Positions 15,411 to 23,803 of a stretch of 44,515 nt of DNA are shown here, piece after piece (position 1 is the first letter of the stretch; each line of letters starts with the position of its first letter). Position numbers and translations under genes: made by a program. The notes under the pieces are model-generated. The model did no database searches. It had not been told where the DNA came from and worked only from the letters and a program-made list of their open reading frames with translations. The stretch is from a virus. Location of the stretch: the IMG/VR virus record IMGVR_UViG_3300013947_000010; one strand, written 5' to 3'.

Positions 15411-16043
15411 TTAAGATTTAATAGAGAAAGCGGGGCGAACACCGGTGGCGACGGAAGCGGCGCTGTAGGCCGCATAACCAGAGTCGTGGACAGTGGCGAA
15501 ATCGGCGGCTGAGTCATTGGGCGTATTCTGCAACCAGTACCATTCCCAAGTACCCGTGTCCTTGCCTTGGAACGCGATACGGTTTCTAATATCTCCCATG
15601 AGCGGGAGGTATTCGCCGCCGACCTTATCCTCGTAGGGGTTCTTTCCAAAGACCTCCATAGCGGTAAGCAAACGGAGCTTATCGTCCTTATAAACGGGCT
15701 TCATACGAGCCTTGAGGGAGTCGGGGAAAGCGTCAAGGATTTCGCCGTTGAGCTTCTTACGAAGCGCACAGGCTTCATAGCCGCCCCTGTTGGTGCTGTT
15801 ATCGTTCATGGGATATTCGGTCTTGAGACAGTCCACGAACACAAACAGCATACCGTCAGTCTCTTTCCGCATAGCCATAGCGGAAACTTCTTCACCCGTC
15901 TTGAGGGTGAAGTCAATAATGTCACCGACTTCGTATTCATCGGTCTGCACCGTAGTAGAGCGGCGCACGGTCAGTTCCTCGGTCTGAATGTTAAGGAATT
16001 TCTCGAACTCAGCGAGGAGAGTCTTCTTTTCGGTATTAGTCAT
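15411..16043 (-). CDS. DGR target protein 2: stand-alone C-type-lectin-fold / DUF6273-like variable protein
   Basis: 210-aa ORF with no signal peptide or transmembrane segment. The C-terminus (WYWLQN...GVRPAFSIKS) parallels target 1 and contains VR2. Confidence 0.85.
   Translation of the reverse strand: MTNTEKKTLLAEFEKFLNIQTEELTVRRSTTVQTDEYEVGDIIDFTLKTGEEVSAMAMRKETDGMLFVFVDCLKTEYPMNDNSTNRGGYEACALRKKLNGEILDAFPDSLKARMKPVYKDDKLRLLTAMEVFGKNPYEDKVGGEYLPLMGDIRNRIAFQGKDTGTWEWYWLQNTPNDSAADFATVHDSGYAAYSAASVATGVRPAFSIKS
15432..15512 (-). repeat. DGR variable repeat 2 (VR2)
   Basis: The 81-nt alignment to the TR shows 16 differences, all at positions where the TR coding strand has adenine. Confidence 0.9.
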
Positions 16044-16086
16044 GATTTTATCCTCCTAAGATTATTTCTTGTCTTGCTGTGATTAT

Positions 16087-16115
16087 AAGATAACACACAA
16101 AAGATAGATTGTCAA
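16087..16115 (-). promoter_or_regulatory. Sigma-A-type promoter directly upstream of DGR target 2
   Basis: The minus strand reads GGTATTGACA, a 17-nt spacer, then TATCTT with a TG extension (TGTTATCTT). AGGAGG and the ATG at 16043 follow. Confidence 0.55.
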
Positions 16116-16133
16116 TACCTTTCAGATAATTTT

Positions 16134-16763
16134 TTATCCTTTTTGTGTTGTGTTGCGGAGGTCTGCCACATACGGTAATCCCGCCATCAGAATATCGCAG
16201 TATTCGTTCCACTCACTCAGCTTGTGTCCCTGCCGATAATCAAGAATGTTCATCACATTCTCGTAGGTCATAGTGACTGTGCGCCGCTGATTGTAGCTTG
16301 AGGGAAGAAGCTGTACCATCTGCCGCCATAGCTCCTTGTCCTTGGTCTCAAGGTACTTTAAGCGGTTCATGTTGAGAGCGTTGATAATGCAGGAGCAGAC
16401 AACATCTTTCGTCCATCTGTCGCAGTCCTCAAAGCTGAAATCCTCAACGGTGAACTCTTTTGCGGTCAGCTTGTGCATGGTGGAACAGGAATTGGCAGTT
16501 GTGCCGACCTTGTATGTATCAAACTCTTTCCACCAATACAGCGGGGCGGTAATGTCCATAGCGACAAAAATCTGTCGCAGATACTTTCTGTGCGGCTGTC
16601 CCGCCGCATACAGTTTCCGCATGAGGGCAAGGTCGTTTTCGCCGAGACACATTTTGTCGTAGTCAAACTTACTGTCCGACCTGTCCCAGCTGTTCAAAGG
16701 GTTTCTCATACCACGGATAGCGTGTTCAAATCCCCATGTAACGATGTGTTCTACCTTAATCAT
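16134..16763 (-). CDS. ThyX-like FAD-dependent thymidylate synthase (divergent)
   Basis: 209-aa ORF whose pattern (HRKYLRQIFV...ITAPLYWWKEFDTYKVGTTANSCSTMH) resembles the ThyX core. No search was run. Confidence 0.55.
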   Translation of the reverse strand: MIKVEHIVTWGFEHAIRGMRNPLNSWDRSDSKFDYDKMCLGENDLALMRKLYAAGQPHRKYLRQIFVAMDITAPLYWWKEFDTYKVGTTANSCSTMHKLTAKEFTVEDFSFEDCDRWTKDVVCSCIINALNMNRLKYLETKDKELWRQMVQLLPSSYNQRRTVTMTYENVMNILDYRQGHKLSEWNEYCDILMAGLPYVADLRNTTQKG

Positions 16764-16783
16764 TGGTGTTTTCTCCTTGTAAA

Positions 16784-16984
16784 TTATCGTCTTTTGTGTC
16801 TCTGTGCCTTTCGTACACCTCTGGAGCGTTGCTCATACAGTCCATTACATATAGTGCGTTCGTCACGAATGGCGTTTCTCTCTTTCTCCCATAGCTCCTT
16901 TTCATGTATGTATTCGGGACATACACTATGGCAACCGGGGTAACGCTTTGGGGCAATGCAATCTTTACAGCATTTAATTTTCAC
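16784..16984 (-). CDS. Cys-rich small protein (putative zinc-binding)
   Basis: 66-aa ORF (MKIKCCKDCIAPKRYPGCHSVCPEY). It overlaps the prim-pol stop codon by 4 nt. Confidence 0.45.
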   Translation of the reverse strand: MKIKCCKDCIAPKRYPGCHSVCPEYIHEKELWEKERNAIRDERTICNGLYEQRSRGVRKAQRHKRR

Positions 16985-17769
16985 CGCTTGTACCTCGTCA
17001 CGCTATTACAGATAGTCCGCAATTCATTCCTGTCGAGAGACGGGTCACAGGCTACCGTATTGGCGTACACCAATTCATCGTATATCTGCTGTTTGCTGTA
17101 ACCAAGGTTATGGAGCATACCCGCAAGGGAGGTAAGGCAGATATTACGGCTTCCTGCCGGAATACGGGGGTAGACGGGGCGTAGCTTGATACGGTTATTC
17201 TTCGGTGTCTCCCATACAGGGGAATAGATACGACTACCATAGGCGGCTTGTGCCTTGCCGTCCCGCTGTTCGGGGAAATACTTCTCTACCACATAATCAA
17301 TGGCTTCTTGGTTCTCTACGATATTGCGATAGAGAAGCGTATCTCCCGTCATGATGAAGTACCTTGCCGCCTTGTAAATCTCTACCCCAGCAAGGTTGTT
17401 CTTGCCCTTAAAAGGAAGCGTCCCACGGAGGAGAATATGAAATCCTCGTCCGCTCTTGGATTTTTCGGTATAGCTTTCGCAATGACCGAGAATATCTGCG
17501 GCAAGCTGACTCATAAGCCCGTCCTCGTCATAGCCTGTATCAATGTCGATACCCACAATCCCGTTGTCGTTGAAAACAAACCCGCAGTAATCGTAGTGAC
17601 CATTCTCTACGGCGTTGAGAGCCGTAGAGAAGTCAGACCATGTAGAAGAATTGGTAGAGGAAGCCGCTTCGTTTTCAAAGGCTTTCATGGGGACTTTGCT
17701 ACCGTCACGAGTACAAACCCATTGAGCAAGCGTTTTCAGTTCTTCGGGTATGTTCTCATAATGGTTCAT
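16981..17769 (-). CDS. Bifunctional primase-polymerase (prim-pol) with a PriCT-like C-terminus
   Basis: Contains GIVGIDID (the DxD motif), SGRGFHIL, and a C-terminal RNICLTSLAGMLHNLGYS segment. Confidence 0.7.
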   Translation of the reverse strand: MNHYENIPEELKTLAQWVCTRDGSKVPMKAFENEAASSTNSSTWSDFSTALNAVENGHYDYCGFVFNDNGIVGIDIDTGYDEDGLMSQLAADILGHCESYTEKSKSGRGFHILLRGTLPFKGKNNLAGVEIYKAARYFIMTGDTLLYRNIVENQEAIDYVVEKYFPEQRDGKAQAAYGSRIYSPVWETPKNNRIKLRPVYPRIPAGSRNICLTSLAGMLHNLGYSKQQIYDELVYANTVACDPSLDRNELRTICNSVTRYKR

Positions 17770-18068
17770 CAGATAAGTCCTCTCCTTTTTGCAACCTTGC
17801 GTTCAAGGTCTCCTATGAGCTTCCACAGGGTATCTTGATTGATATTCTCTTTCTTGGCGAGGTGATACACATTGTCGGGGATTGTATCGCCCTCACGGTA
17901 GAGAATGAGTATCCGTTCTCTGTCCTCGGCTGAGAAATCCTTGAGGGCGTTATCACAGGCAAGCCAATTCTTTTTGTCAGCGTCAGAGCGGAAAAATTCG
18001 GGCTTTTTGTACCGAGCATAGAACCTCATGCAATGCTCAATGTAGGCAGAGTAAAAACTTCTCGCCAT
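17769..18068 (-). CDS. Putative sigma-region-4-like / HTH transcription regulator
   Basis: The best start is ATG at 18068 (MARSFYSAYIEH). The C-terminal segment (DRERILILYREGDTIPDNVYHLAKKENINQDTLWKLIGDLERKV) resembles sigma region 4. Confidence 0.4.
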   Translation of the reverse strand: MARSFYSAYIEHCMRFYARYKKPEFFRSDADKKNWLACDNALKDFSAEDRERILILYREGDTIPDNVYHLAKKENINQDTLWKLIGDLERKVAKRRGLI

Positions 18069-18072
18069 TACC

Positions 18073-18306
18073 TTACTCTCCTCTCTTGGTCTTTCCCGCC
18101 TTGGGGGATACGACCATCGGCTTACCCTCGAAGAACCACTTGCCGTCCACGCAAATGGGATAGTCCGCTCTCTCGGACTCAATCAGAGTGCCGCAGTCAA
18201 TGATGTGCTGTGCCGCAGAAATGGACATTTCATTTTTGGAATAGTCCTTATCTGTCTTGAGCAGGAAAGTAACCTTTCCGCTTCGGTTTTTGAGTTTGTA
18301 ATTCAT
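18073..18306 (-). CDS. Hypothetical protein
   Basis: The best start is ATG at 18306 (MNYKLKNRSG) with AAGGAGGA upstream. Confidence 0.4.
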   Translation of the reverse strand: MNYKLKNRSGKVTFLLKTDKDYSKNEMSISAAQHIIDCGTLIESERADYPICVDGKWFFEGKPMVVSPKAGKTKRGE

Positions 18307-18638
18307 GGATTTTCCTCCTTGTTCCATTCATCAATGTCAATGCCATATTCTTTGAGCTTGTGAGTAGCAAGCCAAACAGCGTCACCGTCCTCCATTTCGT
18401 ACCTTTTCACAAGAGCGTCAAGCTCTGTGCGAAACCACCTATGGAAGCGTCTCAGCCGTTTGTGACCGAAGTTTAGCTTTTCATGGAGAAGCCACAGAAT
18501 ACAAGCGTCTACCTCGTTCATGTTCTTACGGTCAAACTCGGCGCATTGTCTGAGGATTTCAGCGTCAATCGCTTTTTGCTCCTTGGCTGAGAACTGAACG
18601 CCGAAGATACGACCATTGCTTCTCTTAAATACCGCCAT
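18303..18638 (-). CDS. Hypothetical protein
   Basis: The best start is ATG at 18638 (MAVFKRSNGRIFG). It lies 2 nt after the upstream stop codon. Confidence 0.45.
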   Translation of the reverse strand: MAVFKRSNGRIFGVQFSAKEQKAIDAEILRQCAEFDRKNMNEVDACILWLLHEKLNFGHKRLRRFHRWFRTELDALVKRYEMEDGDAVWLATHKLKEYGIDIDEWNKEENP

Positions 18639-18640
18639 CG

Positions 18641-19216
18641 TTACACCCCATGAACATGGGACGCAATCATATCCGCATGATGTGTCCAAAGCACATTAGG
18701 GTATCTGTGAACGGCACGGGTGTAATCCCGCCATTCCTCCTTGTCGGTAAACGCTCCCATGTGGTAGCGAATACAGAGAACTTCCTCCTCAGTCAGCTTC
18801 ATGTGCTGAGACAGAAGCATGACGGATTTATCACCGTGACCCTTGAGAAATGTTTCGGTGTTGTATTCCCATTCGGAGGGGTCATAGATTGGCTGGCCGT
18901 CCGTAGCTCTACCCGTAATTGGGTGGCGGTACTGGTCGATTTTACAGAGGTCGTGAAACATACCGATGATGTACGGACTACTGGAGTTTCGCCATTCGAG
19001 ACCATTTTTCTCGGTAAGGTCTACGAGAGCTTTCATCACGGCGCAAGAATGGTCGAACAAACCGCCCTCGTAGTTCCCGTGATACTTGGTGGACGCAGGG
19101 GCTTTGAAGAAACCATTGCTTACCAACCAATCGACCATATCAAGGGAAATAAGCGGTGTGCCATCGGGCAGTTTCATAATGTTGAGAAATTCATCTACGG
19201 AGATACTATTCCGCAT
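18641..19216 (-). CDS. HD-domain phosphohydrolase
   Basis: The best start is ATG at 19216 (MRNSISVDEF). The motif pattern KYHG...GGLFDHS...GMFHDLCK...GHGDKS matches the HD superfamily. Confidence 0.7.
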   Translation of the reverse strand: MRNSISVDEFLNIMKLPDGTPLISLDMVDWLVSNGFFKAPASTKYHGNYEGGLFDHSCAVMKALVDLTEKNGLEWRNSSSPYIIGMFHDLCKIDQYRHPITGRATDGQPIYDPSEWEYNTETFLKGHGDKSVMLLSQHMKLTEEEVLCIRYHMGAFTDKEEWRDYTRAVHRYPNVLWTHHADMIASHVHGV

Positions 19217-19691
19217 GGTCGTTACCGTCCTTTCCGAAAGGTAGGTCGCATAAATCGGGGTGATGGTCTTGCGTCCACAGCGCACAAAGCAAGTTCCAAA
19301 GGAACGCTCTGTCGTGGGGTTCATCGGTATCGCCACGCTTGAACTTGAGGTAATGGCGTACTGCGCTGTCGATGTAGCAATGGAGAGAAATGCCTTTCTC
19401 CCAGTTGCGCTCCCCGTATTTGTTGCAACCGTCCTCATAATGTTTGGAGACTTCCAACATTGCTGTTGGGAGATTTCCGAAATGCTTGTCAGAGAAACAG
19501 GTAATCACCTGTACGAGCTTGAACTTGTCCCCGCTCCGTATGTACTCGTTGATACCAATGAGCAATGGGTCTTTCTCAAGGTTTCCCACCACATCGAGAG
19601 GGAGGAGGTCACAACGACCTTTCCCCTCGCAAATGTCCCGCACAGCACCCGTCTTAAACTCTCTGCGCTTACCGCTGTCTTTGAGTTCCAT
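19206..19691 (-). CDS. dATP/dGTP diphosphohydrolase-like (DUF5664-type) protein
   Basis: The best start is ATG at 19691 (MELKDSGKRREFKTGAVRD) with GGAGGAA 7 nt upstream. Other motifs are KYGERNWEKG and RHYLKF. Confidence 0.55.
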   Translation of the reverse strand: MELKDSGKRREFKTGAVRDICEGKGRCDLLPLDVVGNLEKDPLLIGINEYIRSGDKFKLVQVITCFSDKHFGNLPTAMLEVSKHYEDGCNKYGERNWEKGISLHCYIDSAVRHYLKFKRGDTDEPHDRAFLWNLLCALWTQDHHPDLCDLPFGKDGNDHAE

Positions 19692-19738
19692 AGTGCTTTC
19701 CTCCTTGAGAGGGAGGGGAGATTTCTCTCCCCGTCCCA

Positions 19739-20254
19739 TTATCCGAGCAACGAGTCAAGGTCTAAGCCACCCGTGGGCTTACTGGTGGACTTCTGAGCGG
19801 GTTTTGCGGCGGGAGCGGTCTTGCTACCCTTACCGTCCTTTCCGAGCGTCATAGCACGGGCTACGGGTTCTTCGTCAAACCCATCGGCGGGAGACTTATC
19901 ACCAAGGTTGGCGAAAGTAACCGTCTTATTCGGGTCTTTGTTGGACGGGAGCTTGGTATGAATGACCTCCGCTTCAATGTAGTGGTCGATAAGCTCCGCA
20001 GGGTCAATGTCCTCAAGCTCGAAATCCCCCATAGCGGTCTTGGCAAAATAGGAGAAAGCGTTCAGAGCTTTTTCGTTGGGTTCATCATTGCTGTCCTTGA
20101 TGGAAAAACGCTCAGTATGGGTCATGCCCTTTGCGGTGACGAGTTTGACTTCGATTTTGCCAAACTCCTCGTCATACTTTGCGTCATAAATGCGGAACAC
20201 ATAAGTTCCCTCCGGGATAAGAACAAATCCGCTCGTCATAGGTATTCTTGCCAT
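19739..20254 (-). CDS. Putative ssDNA-binding protein (DUF669-like)
   Basis: 171-aa ORF next to the recombination genes, with an SSB-like acidic C-terminal tail (GGLDLDSLLG). Confidence 0.45.
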   Translation of the reverse strand: MARIPMTSGFVLIPEGTYVFRIYDAKYDEEFGKIEVKLVTAKGMTHTERFSIKDSNDEPNEKALNAFSYFAKTAMGDFELEDIDPAELIDHYIEAEVIHTKLPSNKDPNKTVTFANLGDKSPADGFDEEPVARAMTLGKDGKGSKTAPAAKPAQKSTSKPTGGLDLDSLLG

Positions 20255-20255
20255 C

Positions 20256-21308
20256 TTACTTTTCCTCCTTGATTGCGCTTACCGTCATGCGGTAGCTGGT
20301 GTCTTGTGTGGTGCTAACATACTTGTCATAAACGCCGTCAGCTTTGAGAGCTTCATCGTTATAGACCGTTTTCGTGGTGTCGTTCCTCGCAAGTGTCCAA
20401 CAATAAGCCGAGCCTTTAACCTCAACCTTTTTGTCACCGGGTCGGAACTGCGTTTTGGCGTACTCCTTGAGAAGTTCACCGATTTTCTTGAGTCGCTTCT
20501 CCTGCTTGGAAATTGCCGCCGTTGCCTTGTCCACCTCGGCTTTAAGGGCTTCGGCTTCCTTAACAAGAGCTTCAATATCCGTGTCGGGCGCAAGAGTGTT
20601 GGTACGGAGAGCCTTGAGAATGTCAGCGTCTTTTCGCTCGTCATAGACGGGGGAAATGCCGCTGTCCACATGGTCTTTCCACCATTTCTCCACACGAGCG
20701 ACCTTATCAGCGAAATCGGGGTAACGCTCAGAGACTTTGAACTCCTTTGTGATGGTGTTCTTGACGCTCGGCTTGTACTGTTCGGGGTTCGCATAATCCT
20801 TTTCTTCAAGGAAAGAAGCGACCATGATTACATTGTCAACACCGAGGAGATAAGCGTACAAAGCCGCTTGCAGAGCGTAATATTCGGGAATATCGTCTGC
20901 CCAATCTTCGGAACGCTTTGTCGTTTTCATTTCGAGAACCGTGTCAACCGTTCCGTCTTCGTCCACGCCGAGGTAGTCCCACATACCGCCGAAATGAGGG
21001 CTTTCGGGGAAGAAATCGCCCCATGTCTTATTGAAGTAGTCCTTGCCGTAGCGGTCGGTAGGGGTGATAATGTCCATACCGTAGGACTTCTTCATATAAT
21101 CAGCCTGTTTCGGCTCGATTGCTTTACCCGCTTTGGTATAAATCGTGTCCTCAAACGGAAGCTCAAATGTCTTGGTGATAGCGCACCACATTTCAAACTC
21201 CGTACTCCACGGGTTCAGACCGAGGATTGTTGCGAACCGTGTACCCGTGACCTTTTTGGTCTTTTTCGGCGGGGCAATCTTAATCTGTTTACTGTCAAGC
21301 CATTCCAT
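20256..21308 (-). CDS. YqaJ/lambda-Exo-like recombination exonuclease
   Basis: The N-terminus (GTRFATILGLNPWSTEFEMW) and a PD-(D/E)xK-type motif (VLEMKTT) fit the family. Its ATG overlaps the upstream stop codon (TAATG). Confidence 0.75.
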   Translation of the reverse strand: MEWLDSKQIKIAPPKKTKKVTGTRFATILGLNPWSTEFEMWCAITKTFELPFEDTIYTKAGKAIEPKQADYMKKSYGMDIITPTDRYGKDYFNKTWGDFFPESPHFGGMWDYLGVDEDGTVDTVLEMKTTKRSEDWADDIPEYYALQAALYAYLLGVDNVIMVASFLEEKDYANPEQYKPSVKNTITKEFKVSERYPDFADKVARVEKWWKDHVDSGISPVYDERKDADILKALRTNTLAPDTDIEALVKEAEALKAEVDKATAAISKQEKRLKKIGELLKEYAKTQFRPGDKKVEVKGSAYCWTLARNDTTKTVYNDEALKADGVYDKYVSTTQDTSYRMTVSAIKEEK

Positions 21309-22003
21309 TACGCTTCCTCCTCCAACATAGTGGTGATACGCTCAATGAGCGTTTCGCAGTCACTCTTGGAAATCTTTGTGAAGCCCTCGGTCTGAATTGC
21401 GATTTTCGCAATCATTTCTTCCTTGTCGGGCTGTGCGTCCTTGAGCTTCTTGAGAACACGCTTGAGACCCTTGAGCTGGGTATCGGTGGCATTATCGGCG
21501 GGAGCTGTCAGTTCCTTTTTTACTTCCTCTCGCTGTTCGGGCGTGGCAGGGGGAGCTTTCGGAGCAGGGGTGGTATCGTCCTTTTCGGTGGTAGGCTCGA
21601 TGGTGTCCGGCTCACAAATATCCAGCGCAATCATATAGAGATAACGGCGAAGATAGGTCTGAGCAGAGCCGAGAGCCTGTACGGGGTTCACCATCTTGTT
21701 CTCGGACGGATAGCGCATGGGGCAGGAGAACTGAATAGTTTCATCGGGGTTGTCGGTGTTCACCATCGTCATAATCGCCTGTTCATCGGTGAAAGAGACG
21801 AGCGGGACAAGACCGACCTCGGTAAAGATACCGATTGCGATAGGAACAATATCGTCAAGCTCAAAATACTTGTACCGCAGTTCCATGTGCTTACCCGACT
21901 TCGATACCCCGTGTTCGAGGAACTTTGCCCTCGCCGTGAGTAACTTCTGATAAACATTCATAGGGGTGGAGTTTTCTGCTTTCTTGGTAGTGGTGGTAGC
22001 CAT
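21308..22003 (-). CDS. Possible internally initiated stand-alone ERF annealase (nested in the polymerase ORF)
   Basis: The in-frame ATG at 22003 (MATTTTKKAENS) is preceded by GAGGAGGT (22013..22020) with a 9-nt spacer, exactly at the polymerase/ERF domain boundary. Confidence 0.35.
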   Translation of the reverse strand: MATTTTKKAENSTPMNVYQKLLTARAKFLEHGVSKSGKHMELRYKYFELDDIVPIAIGIFTEVGLVPLVSFTDEQAIMTMVNTDNPDETIQFSCPMRYPSENKMVNPVQALGSAQTYLRRYLYMIALDICEPDTIEPTTEKDDTTPAPKAPPATPEQREEVKKELTAPADNATDTQLKGLKRVLKKLKDAQPDKEEMIAKIAIQTEGFTKISKSDCETLIERITTMLEEEA

Positions 22004-23803
22004 TTTTCGTTTACCTCCTCTTGGTTTCTTTTCGGGTTTGATACCCATAAAATCGTTAATTCGCTTTTTTGCCATTTCGATGTAAAATGTTCGGTCTACA
22101 TCGTCAATGGATAGGTGATTGTCATTGTCGATAATGCAATGGTCGGGGAGCATTTCGATTTTTGCGGTTGCGTCTGTTTCCGCTTTTACCTTGAACAGCT
22201 TCCCGTATCGCTCGTCAGCCGTGGCATACACACGGTTTACCTTTTGTACAGGGACTTGTTCACCATCGACAATGTGGTAGGCTTCACGGTATTTTGCCCC
22301 GGCCTTGGCTATCAGCTGGAAGTCAAAAATATTCGTACTGCCATTGATTGTGTCCTCAACGGGTGTACCATGCACGAAATACTCAATAAGAGCTTTCTTG
22401 ACGATAACCATGTTGTTGTTTATCGCCCATGCGCCCTTTACGGACACACCGTAGTTCAGATACCCGCCAACGGTCTTGACCTCGCCATCGGTTTTAATCA
22501 TCAAGAGGTTGTTGACATCTTTAATCCAAACTTTCTGAACATCATCGACCTCAAGCTCGAACTTGGTTTCGGCTTCCCATGCGTGGGCGATTTCGTCCAC
22601 AAGAGCAAGCTCGGATTTGTCGATGGAATACATCAAGCCGTCCGTGTTAAGGTTGAGTAGCTTGATGGTTTTACAGGCGTTCAGCAGACGCATAGTAAGA
22701 ACGGTAAGGAAAAGCTGTCCCGATATACGCAGAGAGCGAGTCGGGAGCGGGTCATACAGGTCGTTATAACGATTTTCCTGTGCGCCCGATACCGTGTTGA
22801 GCGGTAGCTTCAAGTCCTTTGCGGTCTGCTTATCGCCGTTGTGCTTTGCCTGTATGCGGTCACGCTTGATAGCGTAGAACAATTCGGGGTCGGGAACATT
22901 ACGAGAGAGGTAGTTGTATATCTCAATCAGTGAGGGGTACAGGCTCGAAACATCACGGTTTTGGATAACTCTGTCCTCTGTCGCTTCTTCGTAATATCCT
23001 GTCAGACTGCCGTGGACACCGCCCCATGCGTATTTGCAGGGCATACCGCCAATTTCAATCTCGAACGAGGTCTTAAACAGGACATCATCGGGGATTGACA
23101 TATCGTGGATTGTCTCAAAGAAATCCAAGATAGGCTTTGGGATAACGGCGGTATCAAGATTTTCGGGATAGACATACTCTCGCCCATCGTTCCACTCTTT
23201 ACGCTCTGCCCGTAACATCATGGCGGTCAGCTTGGCGTTAGTAGCGGCAAGGGACTTCGCTTCATCAATTCCAGCTCGTTTCCCAAGGTTCTTTTTGGTC
23301 TTGAGATAGTCCGCTCGGAGCTTCATCAATTCATGGGTAGCGTCTACATCGTGAGTACAGTAGTATACCGTCTGCCGTAGCTCGTCCTCGGTGAGAGGAC
23401 GGTCAAGGTCGAACGATACCTCCGTCTCTTGAATATCCATACCCATGTGACCCTCGATAGCCTTGAGGGATAGACCCAACTGAACATCGTCTCGAATGTC
23501 CACATTGTTGAAGCGGAAATAGAACTCTTTCAACGGGGCATACTCCCAACCTCTACCGCCGCCGATAAGGAAATCGTTGAGTGTTTTTATCTCCTGCGGG
23601 GAGAAGTCACACACGGCGGCTTTGATGATAAATTGGTCGTAGTGCTTGGAGTTAAACCCGACATAGATACCGTCCTCGAAAATACACTCTCGGAGGGCTT
23701 CGCTGTCGTTGTGAATGACCGTATGTACCCCGCTCTCAACATCTTTGAAAACCACAATCCAGTCAAAGGCGAAAACCTCAACATCGTAGATAATCAGTCT
23801 CAT
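21308..23803 (-). CDS. Family-B DNA polymerase fused in frame to a C-terminal ERF-type single-strand annealing domain
   Basis: Exonuclease motifs IYDVEVF, FNSKHYDQF and YYCTHDVDAT. Polymerase motifs DVSSLYPS, KLPLNTVSGA and NLNTDG. The C-terminal 230 aa carry ERF hallmarks (LRYKYFELDDIVP and GSAQTYLRRYLYMIALDI). Confidence 0.8.
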   Translation of the reverse strand: MRLIIYDVEVFAFDWIVVFKDVESGVHTVIHNDSEALRECIFEDGIYVGFNSKHYDQFIIKAAVCDFSPQEIKTLNDFLIGGGRGWEYAPLKEFYFRFNNVDIRDDVQLGLSLKAIEGHMGMDIQETEVSFDLDRPLTEDELRQTVYYCTHDVDATHELMKLRADYLKTKKNLGKRAGIDEAKSLAATNAKLTAMMLRAERKEWNDGREYVYPENLDTAVIPKPILDFFETIHDMSIPDDVLFKTSFEIEIGGMPCKYAWGGVHGSLTGYYEEATEDRVIQNRDVSSLYPSLIEIYNYLSRNVPDPELFYAIKRDRIQAKHNGDKQTAKDLKLPLNTVSGAQENRYNDLYDPLPTRSLRISGQLFLTVLTMRLLNACKTIKLLNLNTDGLMYSIDKSELALVDEIAHAWEAETKFELEVDDVQKVWIKDVNNLLMIKTDGEVKTVGGYLNYGVSVKGAWAINNNMVIVKKALIEYFVHGTPVEDTINGSTNIFDFQLIAKAGAKYREAYHIVDGEQVPVQKVNRVYATADERYGKLFKVKAETDATAKIEMLPDHCIIDNDNHLSIDDVDRTFYIEMAKKRINDFMGIKPEKKPRGGKRKMATTTTKKAENSTPMNVYQKLLTARAKFLEHGVSKSGKHMELRYKYFELDDIVPIAIGIFTEVGLVPLVSFTDEQAIMTMVNTDNPDETIQFSCPMRYPSENKMVNPVQALGSAQTYLRRYLYMIALDICEPDTIEPTTEKDDTTPAPKAPPATPEQREEVKKELTAPADNATDTQLKGLKRVLKKLKDAQPDKEEMIAKIAIQTEGFTKISKSDCETLIERITTMLEEEA

